64,000 bases of DNA, taken from the NCBI GenBank assembly GCA_035627655.1, contig DASPLI010000001.1, forward strand, positions 665,605-729,604, in the 5' to 3' direction. Shown here piece by piece: positions 1-9,302 of this stretch. This DNA comes from Minisyncoccota bacterium. Lineage in GTDB: Bacteria; Patescibacteriota; Minisyncoccia; Phycocordibacterales; Phycocordibacteraceae. Position numbers and translations under genes: made by a program. Each line of letters opens with the position of its first letter. The stretch's first letter is position 1. Below the pieces are notes generated by a model that was not told where the DNA came from, ran no database searches, and worked only from the letters and a program-made list of their open reading frames with translations.

Positions 1-572
1 CATTCGAACGCTTCCCCGGTATTGGTCCACGGCAGGCAAGACGCTTTGTGTACCACCTGTTGTCCGCTTCCCCGTCCGACCGCTCCCGCCTTTCTGATCT
101 CATCGCGCATCTGGCAAGCGACGTTCGCCAATGTTCGGAATGTCTGCGCTTTGCAAACGGCGGCAACAGCGTCTGCTCTATCTGCAGCGACACCTCTCGC
201 GACGCGCAGATACTCATGGTTGTGGAAAAGGACCAGGACCTCTTGGCAGTCGAGCGTGCCGGTGCCTACAAGGGCTACTACTTCGTGCTTGGCGGTGTGC
301 TCACTCTTTCCGGCAAAGGAAAGATTCGTGAAAAAGAATTGCTCCGCGCGGTAGATAAGCGCCTCTCCAAGGGACTCTCTGAAGTTGTGCTTGCTCTTTC
401 CGCGACCTCTGAGGGAGAAAACACTATGGACCACCTGCGACAGATACTTCTCACCTACCGCGATCGCGTAAAATTGACCGAGCTTGGCCGCGGACTCTCC
501 ACCGGCGCTGAGCTTGAGTACTCAGACGCGGAGACGCTTGCCGGAGCGCTCCAAAACCGCAAAGAGGCCTAA
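1..572 (+). CDS. recR: Recombination protein RecR; the 5' end lies upstream of the window.
   Basis: The frame entering the window reads FERFPGIGPRQARRFVYHLL, which is the RecR helix-hairpin-helix. It is followed by a C4 zinc finger (CSEC...CSIC) and a Toprim-like C-terminal region. Confidence 0.85.
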   Translation, partial: FERFPGIGPRQARRFVYHLLSASPSDRSRLSDLIAHLASDVRQCSECLRFANGGNSVCSICSDTSRDAQILMVVEKDQDLLAVERAGAYKGYYFVLGGVLTLSGKGKIREKELLRAVDKRLSKGLSEVVLALSATSEGENTMDHLRQILLTYRDRVKLTELGRGLSTGAELEYSDAETLAGALQNRKEA

Positions 573-616
573 CGAAAATCGCCGGCGTGTGTGCGCCGGC
601 GATTCGTAGTTGGGTG

Positions 617-814
617 CTATCGATCGTACCGCCAAATCACCCACGCCGAGAGAGCGCCAGCGATGAGGGAGAGCACGAACGAGTGCTGATTGAACAGAGT
701 AGCGCCTGTTTCGCCACCGAAGATGGCGACCACGGTCCAGGCGGCCCAATACATGATCAAGCCGATCATGAGCCATGCCGTCAGGTAGACGGCAACTGTT
801 TTGACACGTGTCAT
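617..814 (-). CDS. Small hydrophobic membrane protein of 65 aa, translationally coupled to the gene upstream of it.
   Basis: There are two predicted transmembrane helices. Its start overlaps the stop of ORF 811..1101 in ATGA fashion. Confidence 0.4.
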   Translation of the reverse strand: MTRVKTVAVYLTAWLMIGLIMYWAAWTVVAIFGGETGATLFNQHSFVLSLIAGALSAWVIWRYDR

Positions 815-1101
815 GCGTCACTCCGTTCTTTCGTTGAGATGTACATGAGGCACCCTGCAAGCAGAGCGCCGACGACGGCAGAGCTGCCGCCAAGCGCGAT
901 GTTGATCCAGTCGGGACGAGTCGCGTGGTACGCCCACTCAGGCAATCCATGCTGGTTGGCGAGCGTGCCAATCACCATGTCGCCCGATAAGAGGAAGCAA
1001 CCACCGATCTGCAGGGTCATGAAGACCCAGAGAACGGTGATGCGCCAATTGTGGAGCATCCCAAGAAACCGCCGACTGGTTCGTACAACTGCTTTAAGCA
1101 C
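811..1101 (-). CDS. Small membrane protein of 96 aa that uses a GTG start.
   Basis: A strong AAAGGAGG ribosome-binding site sits 5-6 nt upstream of the GTG. The protein is hydrophobic. Confidence 0.5.
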   Translation of the reverse strand: MLKAVVRTSRRFLGMLHNWRITVLWVFMTLQIGGCFLLSGDMVIGTLANQHGLPEWAYHATRPDWINIALGGSSAVVGALLAGCLMYISTKERSDA

Positions 1102-1201
1102 GCACTTACCTCCTTTCAGTTACCCGGATAATATTATACCAGGTAAACTAAGTATAGTCAATATAGAGCAATAGCCGCCTTACGGGGCGGCTATTGTGTC
1201 G

Positions 1202-1378
1202 TTAGGATGTCTGATGCCCCCACAGATAGACCTGCCCCATCGTCATCATCAGCCACATAATGAAGCCGACGGCGAAGATGATCCGGTTGGTCCGATCTCT
1301 GGATCGCATGAGCAGGACGAGAAAGAACAGGGCCATGAATGCGTCAACCGCAAGCCACATAGGATTGAATTCCGGCAT
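1202..1378 (-). CDS. Small membrane protein of 58 aa that falls below the ORF-track length cutoff.
   Basis: An AGGAGG ribosome-binding site lies 6 nt upstream of the ATG. The product, MPEFNPMWLAVDAFMALFFLVLLM..., is hydrophobic. Confidence 0.4.
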   Translation of the reverse strand: MPEFNPMWLAVDAFMALFFLVLLMRSRDRTNRIIFAVGFIMWLMMTMGQVYLWGHQTS

Positions 1379-1447
1379 GTATGCCTCCTGTAGTGAACGA
1401 GAGCGATACTAGCACAAACTCGCCGGGAGGCGAGTTTGGTGGAGGGC

Positions 1448-1765
1448 TTATTTGATGCCGTCGATCTTTACTTTCACGAACGGCTGGCGATGGCCGCGGC
1501 GCTTGAGGTAGCGGCTCTTTGCCTTGTAGCGGACGACGTCGATCTTCTTAGCGCGGCCGACAGAGGCGACGGTGCCGGTGACTGATGCGCCCTTTATAGC
1601 CGGGGTGCCAATGTTGACGGTCGAACCGTCGTCGGTCATAAGCACCTCGTCAAAGGTGACCGTATCGCCCTTTTTAAGGTCGCCCGGAAGCTTCTCAATA
1701 GTGATCGTGTCGCCCTTGGAGACGACATACTGCTTCCCGCCCGACTTGATGACTGCCAATTCCAT
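1448..1765 (-). CDS. rplU: 50S ribosomal protein L21.
   Basis: The N-terminus MELAVIKSGGKQYVVSKGDTITIEKL and the C-terminal basic KAKSRYLKRRGHRQ match the L21 family. Confidence 0.9.
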   Translation of the reverse strand: MELAVIKSGGKQYVVSKGDTITIEKLPGDLKKGDTVTFDEVLMTDDGSTVNIGTPAIKGASVTGTVASVGRAKKIDVVRYKAKSRYLKRRGHRQPFVKVKIDGIK

Positions 1766-1851
1766 ATCGGCCTACCTTACCTGAAAAACCCGCTCTAGGC
1801 AAGACGAAAGGCCCACCCCTTGGGATACGGGGCGGGCCTCTGTTTTGCTTC

Positions 1852-2283
1852 CTACGAAGCCTGCGGCTGGGCCGGCGGGTATGAGCCGCGCGGCAGCACG
1901 AGGTCGAGAAGCTGGCTGACGGGCGCCATGATAAGTGCGCCCATCGCAAGAACTTGCAAAAGGTTCCAGTCGATCGGATCCGCGGAAGAATGCGGCTCCT
2001 GGAGGATCTTAGTCACGACCCACGCCAGCGTCACGAGCCCGATGAGGGCCGCGATGCGGCTTGGTTCACCCTGCCCTTCGGTGAGAAGGATGCCATGCAC
2101 AAAGCTTGCGCAAAGCCAGGCAGAGATTGCGGTCGTGACGCTCATGCTGACCGGGTCAGCACTTGCCTGCTGCGGCGCGAAGAGCGCTACGAGCAGCATC
2201 AGACACAGCAGGAATGACGAGATGGAACCCAACACATAGCGTACTTTGAAGAACATTGCGTTCTCCCCCTTACGTCCAGGCAC
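1852..2283 (-). CDS. Hypothetical integral membrane protein; the true start may be the internal MFFKVRY.
   Basis: Several hydrophobic helices. This strand also holds the GC-rich hairpin at about 1790-1850 between this gene and rplU. Confidence 0.45.
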   Translation of the reverse strand: MPGRKGENAMFFKVRYVLGSISSFLLCLMLLVALFAPQQASADPVSMSVTTAISAWLCASFVHGILLTEGQGEPSRIAALIGLVTLAWVVTKILQEPHSSADPIDWNLLQVLAMGALIMAPVSQLLDLVLPRGSYPPAQPQAS

Positions 2284-2326
2284 ATCGCCTGGATTCCTGT
2301 ATTACACAATACAATAAATAGAGGAT

Positions 2327-3388
2327 TTAGTCAATATCCTCGGATCGCGGCTTTTCTAGCGCCATAGTCTCGATCCCGATCTTCGATTCGGCGATGCGGT
2401 AGACGTCCTTATCAATCTTCCCAAGCTCCTTGTAGCCCGAATTGTAGTGCGAGACCGTAGTCTCAAGCGACTTTCCAAGCTTGCGGTAGTACTCCTCGTA
2501 AGCGCCAATATGCTTCCCTAACTCCCCGACACGTTTTTGAATCTCCGCAGCTTTCTGCTCAATCTGGAGGGCGCGCAGTCCCTGGAGCACTGTCTGGAGA
2601 TAGGCGTGGAAGGAGCTCGGCGAGACGACGATCACCTTGTACTTATTCATCGCGTGCTGGATCAGGTCTTCCCCGTCGCCAACTGCGTTTGCAAGAAGAT
2701 CGTAATAAATGCCTTCCGACGGAATGAACATGAACGCAAAGTCCATGGTCCCTTCTTCTGGGCGGATGTACTTGGACGTCTCCTGAATACGCATCTTGAG
2801 ATCGTTGACGAACGCCTTCTCAAACGCAGCGCGCTCTGAGGGCTCGCAACCAATAAGCCGGTTGTAGTTTTCAAGGGAGAATTTGGAATCAATCGGGACG
2901 ATTTTGTCGTTTACATACACAACCGCGTCCACGATCTCGCCATTGGAGAAACCATACTGCATCTGGTAGTTGCCTGGCGACAGCACATTCTTGAGTACCG
3001 TCTCAAGGAAATATTCCCCCAACACGCCGCGCTGCTTCGGGTTCTTCAAAATGTCCTGGAGGGAGCGCAGCTGGTTGGCGAATTCGCCAGTCTGCCGGCC
3101 GATCTCTTTGACGGACGTAATCTCTTCCGTGATTTCCCGAATGAGGCGGGAAGATTCGCCAAGCTGGCTACGCACCGTCTCATGCACCTGACGAGACGAC
3201 TCATGCATGCGCGAATCGAGCGTGCGCTCCAGGTTCTGCATCTGCTGCTGCAGGAGCGTGAGTCCGCTTTGGTCTGACGGCTTTTCCTGCCGCTTGAGGA
3301 TGAAATACAAACCAATACCCTGCACAAACAGCAGAACGAGGACAATAATCGCGATCGTAAAGAGATCCATCGTCCGTAAGTATATCAA
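2327..3388 (-). CDS. rmuC: DNA recombination protein RmuC.
   Basis: An N-terminal transmembrane segment is followed by a long coiled coil and then an RmuC-type C-terminal domain (YKVIVVSPSSFHAYLQTVLQGL). Confidence 0.75.
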   Translation of the reverse strand: MIYLRTMDLFTIAIIVLVLLFVQGIGLYFILKRQEKPSDQSGLTLLQQQMQNLERTLDSRMHESSRQVHETVRSQLGESSRLIREITEEITSVKEIGRQTGEFANQLRSLQDILKNPKQRGVLGEYFLETVLKNVLSPGNYQMQYGFSNGEIVDAVVYVNDKIVPIDSKFSLENYNRLIGCEPSERAAFEKAFVNDLKMRIQETSKYIRPEEGTMDFAFMFIPSEGIYYDLLANAVGDGEDLIQHAMNKYKVIVVSPSSFHAYLQTVLQGLRALQIEQKAAEIQKRVGELGKHIGAYEEYYRKLGKSLETTVSHYNSGYKELGKIDKDVYRIAESKIGIETMALEKPRSEDID

Positions 3389-6048
3389 GCAGCGAGTTTC
3401 CGCGCTCTGCGTTCAGGACCGATGAAGAAGAACTCCTTCGCAAGCTCAATAAGACCGAGGTTCACAACGCCCGCAAGTACCATATAGCCGATATCCTCAA
3501 GGTTTGGTGGTACCGTATGCACGAGCGCCTGAATTGGCGGGGCGAAGAGCGCGAGCATCAGCATGCCCATGCTACCGGCAAGCGAAACCAGGAGGAGCGG
3601 GTTTGAGGAGAACTGGAGTTTCCAGAGTCTCGTACCAAGCGACTTCAAGGAGAGCGCGCCGGCAACCGAGCTCATGGAGATTGCGCCGAACATGATGGTG
3701 CGCAGCTCTGCTTCCGGCAGGTGCATGGACACGAGAACAAAGTGGAGACAGACCAGAAGAAGGCCCGTTGCAACACCGACGCAGAGAATGAGTTTCAACA
3801 GATCATTGGTGAGCACGCGAGCAACTTCCGGATGAGAGGCAGGGCGCTTCATGGCAGACGGATACAGGGGCTCAAAGGCAAGGGCCACGTTCATAGGTCC
3901 ACCTTCAATGAGGTTTGCCCACATGATCTGCGTTGGCAGAATCGGGAGCGGGAGCCCGGCGGCAAGCGAAGCACTAATGACGAAAATCTCGCTGAAGTTC
4001 GTCGAGAGCATGTACGCAAGCATCTTCTTCACGTTGTCGCGGAGGCGCCGCCCTTCCGCGATCGCCTTGGTAATCACGGAGAAGTTGTCATTGAGAAGCA
4101 CGAGATCGGATGCTTCTTTTGCAACATCCGTTCCGGACCCGAGCGCAACACCAATTGCTGCCGCTTCAAGCGCAGGCGCATCATTCACGCCGTCTCCCGT
4201 CATAGCCACTACCTCCCCTGCCGACGTGAGCACGCGTGCGATCCGCAGCTTGTCTGACGGAGTTACGCGCGCAAAGACGGTGTGTTCCCGAAGCAAGCTG
4301 ACCAACTCATCATCCGATAGATCTTTAAACTCGGCACCGGTATAAGCACGAGAATCCCCCTTCGCGATGCCGGTCTCCCGGGCAAACCAGAGCGCTGTCT
4401 CGGGGTTATCGCCCGTAAGCATGATGACGCGAGCGCCGGCCTGCTGCATGACTTCGACCGATGAACGTGCGTCAGCACGCACCACGTCGGAGAAGACGAT
4501 AAAGCCGATGAGCTCGAGCCCCTGAATGAGTGCTTCGAGTTCCGCTTCCGGAGGGAATTCTTCGCGTTCAGTTTCAAGCCGTGCGACCGCAAGCACTCGC
4601 TTTCCTTCTTTAGCGGCACGCTTGAGCGCTTCTTCAAAGTACTCGGCATTCTCCGGCGTAAACGGTCGCGCACCGCCGCGCGTACCCATGCCCTTTGCTG
4701 CGGCAGCAAGAAACAGTTCCGGCACGCCGGTCAGATACATCACGCGCTTTCCTGCTTCCTGCACGAGCATGCCGCCAAATCGCCGGGTAGACGTAAAGTG
4801 AAGCTCATCGAGACGCGGATTCTCTTTGCGCAACTCCCCTTCAGGGAATCCAGCGCCGAGGCCTGCGCGAAGAATCGCCTGCTCGACCGGACGCCCGCGC
4901 GCAACGACGCCGCCCGCATCCCGTGTCTTCTCCAAGTAACCGTCTGACGCAAGCACGGCTGCGCGAAGCATCTCACGCGCCGTCTCGCCATCAGCCTCCT
5001 CAGTCGTGCCAGCAAGCGTCACATACGCAACCGCCTGCATTCTTCCCTCTGTAAGCGTGCCGGTTTTATCGGTCAGAATGATCGTCGTTGATCCAAGCGT
5101 CTCGGCCGCAAGCAGGTTGCGGACCAGGCCGCCCGTCTTAAGGATGCGCTCCATGCCAAGGGCGAGCACGACGGTCACCGCCGCTGGAAGACCTTCAGGA
5201 ATCGAAGCGACTGAAAGTGCAATCGCAATCAGGAGCGTCTCGCCAAGCGTCATACCCTGCAAAAGCGCGAGGCCGCCCACGAGAATAATGACCACCGCCA
5301 CGAGAATAAGCAGCGTGCGTGCCACTCCTTTCATGTCTCCCTGGAGCGGGGTGTCTCCCTTCGGTGCGTTCCCAAGCTCGCGCGCAATCGCACCAAGCTC
5401 CGTATCCCCGCCGGTCGCAACCACGACACCCATACCCGCACCCGCTGATACGAGCGTACCGGCATATGCCATGTTATTGCGCTCAACAAGCGGTGCTTCA
5501 GTACGAACGACATCCGTTCCCTTCTCTACTGCGAGCCATTCACCAGAGAGCGCTGCTTCTTGTATGGAAAGTCCATGCGCTTCCACGAGACGAAGGTCTG
5601 CCGGGATCTTAGCGCCGGAAGCAAGCACGATCAGGTCTCCGATAACGATGCACTCAGAGGCAATCTCTTTGCGCTCTCCGTCGCGGATCACGACCGCGCG
5701 CGGCGCCTCTTCCCGCTTCAGGGCGGCAAATGCGCTCCCTGCCTTTCCTTCCTGGATAAGGCCGATGATGACGTTGATAAGAAGTGCGAGCGCGATGATG
5801 ATCGCGTCGGTGTAGTGGGAGATGAACACCGTGAGGAGCGCTGCGAAAATAAGTACGAGCGCGATCGGGCTTTGGATCTGGCGCCACAGCCGCTTCAAGA
5901 AAGTATCTTGCGGCGGGGTTGGGAGAACGTTTCGCCCTTCCAAAAGCCGGTTAGTGGCAACCTCCTGCGAAATACCCCGTTTGGGGTCAGTGCCGCACGC
6001 GATAAGCGCCTCCGATGCGGGAAGCGCGTGCCAAGAACGTACATCCAT
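3385..6048 (-). CDS. P-type cation-transporting ATPase of the P2/P3 Ca2+/Mg2+ type.
   Basis: The phosphorylation motif DKTGTLT, the TGDGVNDAPAL hinge and a PEGL-like transmembrane motif are all present. Length is 887 aa. Confidence 0.9.
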   Translation of the reverse strand: MDVRSWHALPASEALIACGTDPKRGISQEVATNRLLEGRNVLPTPPQDTFLKRLWRQIQSPIALVLIFAALLTVFISHYTDAIIIALALLINVIIGLIQEGKAGSAFAALKREEAPRAVVIRDGERKEIASECIVIGDLIVLASGAKIPADLRLVEAHGLSIQEAALSGEWLAVEKGTDVVRTEAPLVERNNMAYAGTLVSAGAGMGVVVATGGDTELGAIARELGNAPKGDTPLQGDMKGVARTLLILVAVVIILVGGLALLQGMTLGETLLIAIALSVASIPEGLPAAVTVVLALGMERILKTGGLVRNLLAAETLGSTTIILTDKTGTLTEGRMQAVAYVTLAGTTEEADGETAREMLRAAVLASDGYLEKTRDAGGVVARGRPVEQAILRAGLGAGFPEGELRKENPRLDELHFTSTRRFGGMLVQEAGKRVMYLTGVPELFLAAAAKGMGTRGGARPFTPENAEYFEEALKRAAKEGKRVLAVARLETEREEFPPEAELEALIQGLELIGFIVFSDVVRADARSSVEVMQQAGARVIMLTGDNPETALWFARETGIAKGDSRAYTGAEFKDLSDDELVSLLREHTVFARVTPSDKLRIARVLTSAGEVVAMTGDGVNDAPALEAAAIGVALGSGTDVAKEASDLVLLNDNFSVITKAIAEGRRLRDNVKKMLAYMLSTNFSEIFVISASLAAGLPLPILPTQIMWANLIEGGPMNVALAFEPLYPSAMKRPASHPEVARVLTNDLLKLILCVGVATGLLLVCLHFVLVSMHLPEAELRTIMFGAISMSSVAGALSLKSLGTRLWKLQFSSNPLLLVSLAGSMGMLMLALFAPPIQALVHTVPPNLEDIGYMVLAGVVNLGLIELAKEFFFIGPERRARKLAA

Positions 6049-6086
6049 CCCTCAAAGTATACCAAGTGTGTTACCCTTCCCCATGT

Positions 6087-6539
6087 ATGACAATCCACGA
6101 ATCCATTAAGGGAAGTATTGCGGAGGCAATGCGCGCAAAAGACGCAGTTCGCCTGCGCACACTGCGCTCCCTCTCCGCTGCCATGACCAATGAAGTCGTA
6201 GCTAAGAAGCGAAAGCCGGACGAGCTTCTGACCGATGAGGAGGCGCTCGCGGTCCTCAAGCGCGCGGCAAACCAGCGCAAGGATTCGATCGAGCAGTTCA
6301 CCAAGGGCGGACGCCCGGAACTTGCCGAGCCTGAAGCGGAAGAGCTTGCAGTTATCGAGGCTTATCTTCCGGCACAACTCTCCCGCGAGCAGGTAGAGGA
6401 AGCGGTCAAAGCAAAGATCGCCGAGCTTGGCGCGGACAAGTCCAAGGCCGGCATGGTCATGGGCGCTGTTATGAAGGACCTCAAAGGTCAGGCGGACGGC
6501 AACGTCGTCAAAGAGGTCGTTGATTCCCTCCTCGCCTAG
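6087..6539 (+). CDS. yqeY: GatB/YqeY domain protein.
   Basis: The start was reset to the internal ATG (MTIHESIKGSIAEAMRAKD...). The repeated helical motifs typical of YqeY are present. Confidence 0.7.
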   Translation: MTIHESIKGSIAEAMRAKDAVRLRTLRSLSAAMTNEVVAKKRKPDELLTDEEALAVLKRAANQRKDSIEQFTKGGRPELAEPEAEELAVIEAYLPAQLSREQVEEAVKAKIAELGADKSKAGMVMGAVMKDLKGQADGNVVKEVVDSLLA

Positions 6540-6580
6540 AGCTATAGTTTCCCCTAGTCGTTCTTGAAAGGAGCATACGA

Positions 6581-6817
6581 ATGCTCAGTGATCGGCAAGC
6601 GTCGATGGACGAGGAGCCAATCCTCGTCCATCGCTATCACCCCTGGAAACGCACCTATCGCTGGATGATCGTCGGAAAGACGTCTCGAGAGCCATATGAC
6701 GGCAAGGTTACCTATCCGTATACGGGCGAAGGAAAGATGCACGCCGAAAAGCGCCTCAAAAACCTTCATGCCCGCTGGCTTCGAGAGCATCCATCACAGA
6801 CAAATGAATTCGTATAA
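6581..6817 (+). CDS. Hypothetical small protein of 78 aa.
   Basis: An AAAGGAG ribosome-binding site precedes the ATG, and a hairpin follows the gene at 6826..6849. Confidence 0.45.
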   Translation: MLSDRQASMDEEPILVHRYHPWKRTYRWMIVGKTSREPYDGKVTYPYTGEGKMHAEKRLKNLHARWLREHPSQTNEFV

Positions 6818-6985
6818 GTATAAGGCGGTCCCCTAAGGACCGCCTCGTCTGTTAATAAATAGCTGCGAGTCAGATTGCGTCAACTATGATGGCGGTTTTC
6901 CCTACCGCAGCATAGCAATCAGACAATACGTCCATCGAAAAATCATAGAAATATGGTACGGTATGCGCTTCGTACGGAGGGAGTA

Positions 6986-7303
6986 ATGACTGTAAAGAAG
7001 TACGAGGTGGTCATCGCGCACAACGTGGAGGGCTTGCTTGCGGGCTGTGGAGTCTGCAGGAAAGAGTTCGACTCCGGACCGTTTGTCGTTGGCCTCAAGA
7101 CACAATCGTTCTTTTATGTCGTATGCACGTGGAAGCCACAGACATGCTGCCGGAAGCGGTGGGAGGCGTTTACGATCTTCCCCACGAAGCCGCTTGCCGA
7201 AGCGTATGCGATAGAGCTCGATCAGACGCTCGAGCGAACCGGGAAGATTGAGGGCATGTCTCTCATGAAATTCCCGGTGGCTATCCTGCTGCGACAGCAG
7301 TAA
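6986..7303 (+). CDS. Hypothetical Cys-rich protein of 105 aa.
   Basis: A GGAGGGAG ribosome-binding site precedes the internal ATG, and a terminator hairpin lies at about 7313-7345. Confidence 0.45.
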   Translation: MTVKKYEVVIAHNVEGLLAGCGVCRKEFDSGPFVVGLKTQSFFYVVCTWKPQTCCRKRWEAFTIFPTKPLAEAYAIELDQTLERTGKIEGMSLMKFPVAILLRQQ

Positions 7304-7410
7304 CTGCTAAGACCGGACTCCCCAGGCGGGATCCGGTCTTTCCTTTGTCCGGCTATATTTGACATATGTATGATTATGTGTAATCATAATATACGGAACG
7401 GAGGTGGTTC

Positions 7411-7746
7411 ATGTTTGATATCGTCTGGCTTGCGTGCGCGCCGCTTTTCGCGACGGGCGCTGCTCGCTATCTGTCGAACAAATACGTTGAAACCTGGAGT
7501 TGGAAGCGCTGGCTATATTTCGCCTGCTGGAGTCTCATCTCTCTGCTTGCGCTTACGGCCGGCTTGCGGCTCTTCATCGACAACGAAACGTTTCGCTACG
7601 TGGCCGGTTTGGCGCCGGGAGCACTCCTGCTCATCATGGCTATCGTCCCCTGCGGGATACCGGCCATGAACACACCGGCCATGCGGCCGTTGCGAAACCT
7701 CTTCTTTGTGGTGATGGGCTGCGTGCACATCTTCCAGAACCTCTAA
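7411..7746 (+). CDS. Hypothetical membrane protein of 111 aa.
   Basis: A GGAGGTGG ribosome-binding site is present and the protein has 3 to 4 transmembrane helices. A TTGACA promoter with a palindrome lies upstream. Confidence 0.5.
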   Translation: MFDIVWLACAPLFATGAARYLSNKYVETWSWKRWLYFACWSLISLLALTAGLRLFIDNETFRYVAGLAPGALLLIMAIVPCGIPAMNTPAMRPLRNLFFVVMGCVHIFQNL

Positions 7747-7825
7747 ACTCGACCGGGCCGGACGTTCACACGTCCGGTCCTTGGTAGTTAAAGAACCACT
7801 CCGCGTATACGGAGTGGTTCTGTGC

Positions 7826-8071
7826 TTATTCGCTTGGCGGATTTTCCCGCAAGTAGTTCGGGAGCCAGTCCATAAACCGCTTCCGATGCACATCGAGGGA
7901 CCATTCGGCACTCTGTTTAAAGAGTTCCGGATGGCGTTCGCTGAACCGGCGCAGAAGTGGCGCGGAGGCTTTCGGGAATTGCGAAGGAAGCCCGTCGTTG
8001 TAGACGGTCAGAAAGTCGCGTGCGGAGAGTTTCTTCTCGCTGCGCTCTCGGTCAAGGTCTGGTTTTCGCAT
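7826..8071 (-). CDS. Hypothetical protein of 81 aa.
   Basis: An ORF with balanced composition that sits upstream of the cspA terminator hairpin. Confidence 0.3.
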   Translation of the reverse strand: MRKPDLDRERSEKKLSARDFLTVYNDGLPSQFPKASAPLLRRFSERHPELFKQSAEWSLDVHRKRFMDWLPNYLRENPPSE

Positions 8072-8112
8072 AAGAGTGAACGCACAAGGAGCGCAGACGC
8101 GCTCCTTGATGC

Positions 8113-8310
8113 TTAGATCTTATGAACGTTCACGGCATTCTTGCCCTTCGGGCTGTCGCCGATCTCGAACTGAAGCTTGTCGCCTACACGAAGAGAATCG
8201 AATTGAACATCAACGAGCTCGTTGGCATGGAAGAAGAGATCCTTCTCCTGTCCTTCGATCTTGATGAATCCGAAACCCTCCCTGAGGTTGGTGATAACGC
8301 CTTCCGTCAT
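8113..8310 (-). CDS. cspA: Cold-shock protein of the CspA family.
   Basis: RNP1- and RNP2-like motifs (GFGFI and the FFHANEL environment) are present in a 65-aa S1-like cold-shock domain. Confidence 0.9.
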   Translation of the reverse strand: MTEGVITNLREGFGFIKIEGQEKDLFFHANELVDVQFDSLRVGDKLQFEIGDSPKGKNAVNVHKI

Positions 8311-8434
8311 AGTGATTTCTCTAGATGCACCTGATAACTATCAAGTGCAGGAGGCTGAAAACGAGAAGTCGACTAACTACTTATGGACAGCGCTGCGATT
8401 GATAGAGAGACAATAACACAGATTCCCTGAGAAT

Positions 8435-9148
8435 TCAACGTCTCCCCCGTCGAGCGGCGCTGAACCGAATACCCATGATGAATTCGTAGAATGGTCCTCC
8501 GACAAGCCCGAGGGTAAACGCCCAGGCCAGCTCTTCAAGCGGAATGCCATACAACAGGGAGCCGCTGATTTGCTCCATATGCCACCACTCCTGGATAAGG
8601 GTTGGAAAGAGTGCAAGCCATACCAAATAACCCACAAAGGTTATGCCGAGCACGAGAAGTCCCGTCACCGCCGCATTAAAAATCAAGTCATGCCGGAACC
8701 AGCACATAAACACCGCGAGCGCGAGAAACATAATGAATGAGGCATAAATTGAATTCCAGCCCACCCATAGTAGTCCGTGGAATGAGAAAGCGGCTATGAC
8801 GATGAGCGGAATTACAAACCACTTCCAGTGATGTCTCTTGTCTCTCAGCTTGAGAATTTTTCGAGGAAATGCGAGCTCGTATATGACGCTTGCGATGCCG
8901 CCGATGAGAAAGCCGTATATAAAGTCCTCGACACTTCCCAGCTGTATCGACCATACTTCGATGGGAACTAAATATATGGGACTCCAGTAATCAAAGAAGA
9001 AGGGTGCCCACAGCGGCGCAAGCATGCCTATGAGGAAGCTCATTATGAGCATCTCGTCCCGCAAAGTCCTGTTCCAGAAGAAGAGCACCAGCCACCACGG
9101 AAGGAAAATCAATCCGCCGAGCAAATAGGTATAAGAACCGACCTCCAT
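8435..9148 (-). CDS. Lycopene-cyclase-domain (CrtYcd-like) membrane protein.
   Basis: It has an internally duplicated multi-helix topology typical of lycopene-cyclase-domain proteins. The region has low GC (about 43-47%). Confidence 0.45.
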   Translation of the reverse strand: MEVGSYTYLLGGLIFLPWWLVLFFWNRTLRDEMLIMSFLIGMLAPLWAPFFFDYWSPIYLVPIEVWSIQLGSVEDFIYGFLIGGIASVIYELAFPRKILKLRDKRHHWKWFVIPLIVIAAFSFHGLLWVGWNSIYASFIMFLALAVFMCWFRHDLIFNAAVTGLLVLGITFVGYLVWLALFPTLIQEWWHMEQISGSLLYGIPLEELAWAFTLGLVGGPFYEFIMGIRFSAARRGRR

Positions 9149-9302
9149 TGAAAGAAGTATACCCTCGTCGTCCTCGTGTATCTGGGTCTAGCTGCCTTCC
9201 GAGCTCTTCATTCCGAGGTGCGCCCTCACAAGTGAATCGTTTGGTGAGGATATTCTAACCCTCGTTCGAAAATTCTTCGAGTCACGACAGCTCCGAGACG
9301 TA

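Noticed and set aside
5006-5815. Long plus-strand ORFs (269 aa and others) inside the P-type ATPase region.
   Set aside because: They are antisense to a complete, motif-rich ATPase gene and have the biased Ser/Arg/Ala/Pro composition of GC-rich antisense frames.
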